Below are positions 56,733 through 57,257 of a DNA stretch of 57,257 bases, in pieces. Under the pieces are notes generated by a model. That model saw nothing but the letters and a program-made list of their open reading frames with translations, was not told where the DNA came from and searched no databases. The stretch's first letter is position 1. Each line of letters opens with the position of its first letter. Source of the DNA: an uncultured virus (IMG/VR IMGVR_UViG_3300034110_000988). Its lineage: Duplodnaviria; Heunggongvirae; Uroviricota; Caudoviricetes. The position numbers and the translations under genes were made by a program. The stretch is from the IMG/VR virus record IMGVR_UViG_3300034110_000988, one strand, 5' to 3'.

Positions 56733-57233
56733 ATGAACCAGCCGACCGAAGAATACAGCAACATCCAGCAGAATGTGCTTAGTCACCTTCGTCGCAAAGG
56801 GTACTATACCCAGCCTTCTGTTCGTGCTTATCCTGTTACCATTCAAGTCCTCAAAGATTTGATTGCCAAAGGCTTGGTTACAGAAAGTGAACAATATACA
56901 GGTAGCACTCGCTTGTTCAAGTCTACTGACAGCATGTTGTCCACAGTGGTTGTTCGTAAGCAGTTTGCTCAAAACCTCAAAGTAGGTAATCATTTTGGTC
57001 ACTCTGGCAAATTCGTTGCCGAAGTGAATGAACGCTTTGATGAAGTCAACAACAACAGTTTTGTAAAAGTCGGTGTTGTGTCGTTGGTTGAAGTCAAATA
57101 CATTCCTAAAAACTTCTGGGAAAAACTGCGTGGGCATAAAACTGAGCAAGCCGTATTTATCACTTTGACTGATGGTCGCGTCATTAAGACCTTTTACAAC
57201 AACATCTATCAAGTCATTCGCACGCATCCTTAA
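56733..57233 (+). CDS. hypothetical protein, winged-helix-like N-terminus
   Basis: VLKDLIAKGLV; promoter upstream. Confidence 0.75.
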   Translation: MNQPTEEYSNIQQNVLSHLRRKGYYTQPSVRAYPVTIQVLKDLIAKGLVTESEQYTGSTRLFKSTDSMLSTVVVRKQFAQNLKVGNHFGHSGKFVAEVNERFDEVNNNSFVKVGVVSLVEVKYIPKNFWEKLRGHKTEQAVFITLTDGRVIKTFYNNIYQVIRTHP

Positions 57234-57257
57234 CAAAAAGCTTGTCCAATAATCAGT

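Noticed and set aside
932..57236. Numerous antisense and alternate-frame ORFs in the track (e.g. 7968-, 19397-, 24573-, 37292-, 56673-)
   Set aside because: They are fully nested opposite or within better-supported genes that have SD, promoter and terminator.

Overview
AT-rich, gene-dense segment that is almost entirely + strand. It carries about 110 mostly small hypothetical CDSs arranged as one- to three-gene modules, each with its own sigma70-type promoter and rho-independent terminator (often a C-UUCG-G loop). No virion, replication, conjugation, integrase or rRNA genes are visible. The best reading (inference) is the early/accessory region of a jumbo phage or phage-like giant extrachromosomal element of a Gammaproteobacterium. 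Recognisable genes: SMR/Qac-type transporter, M17 leucyl aminopeptidase, trypsin-like lipoprotein, two PD-(D/E)XK nucleases, 2OG-Fe(II)-like protein, ABC-type ATPase, Acb1/T4 gp57B-like 2H phosphoesterase, CinA/PncC, AAA_33-type kinase, oligoribonuclease and an HNH nuclease. The most unusual signals are: (i) a suite of promoter-driven structured RNAs, including a CCA-ending tRNA-Ile(GAU) with an ~84-nt hairpin inserted in its D-loop, three aberrant tRNA-like genes with A34 anticodons, a ~290-nt multi-hairpin RNA behind a perfect consensus promoter and a pair of paralogous sRNA cassettes; (ii) several large proteins sharing a short C-terminal tag, plus an orphan copy of that tag; (iii) three secreted modular proteins sharing a post-signal-peptide motif; (iv) a triplicated promoter-leader-micro-ORF cassette, and a conserved ACACAAAC motif exactly 7 nt after the -10 box of six promoters. 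All structure and homology calls were made by eye.
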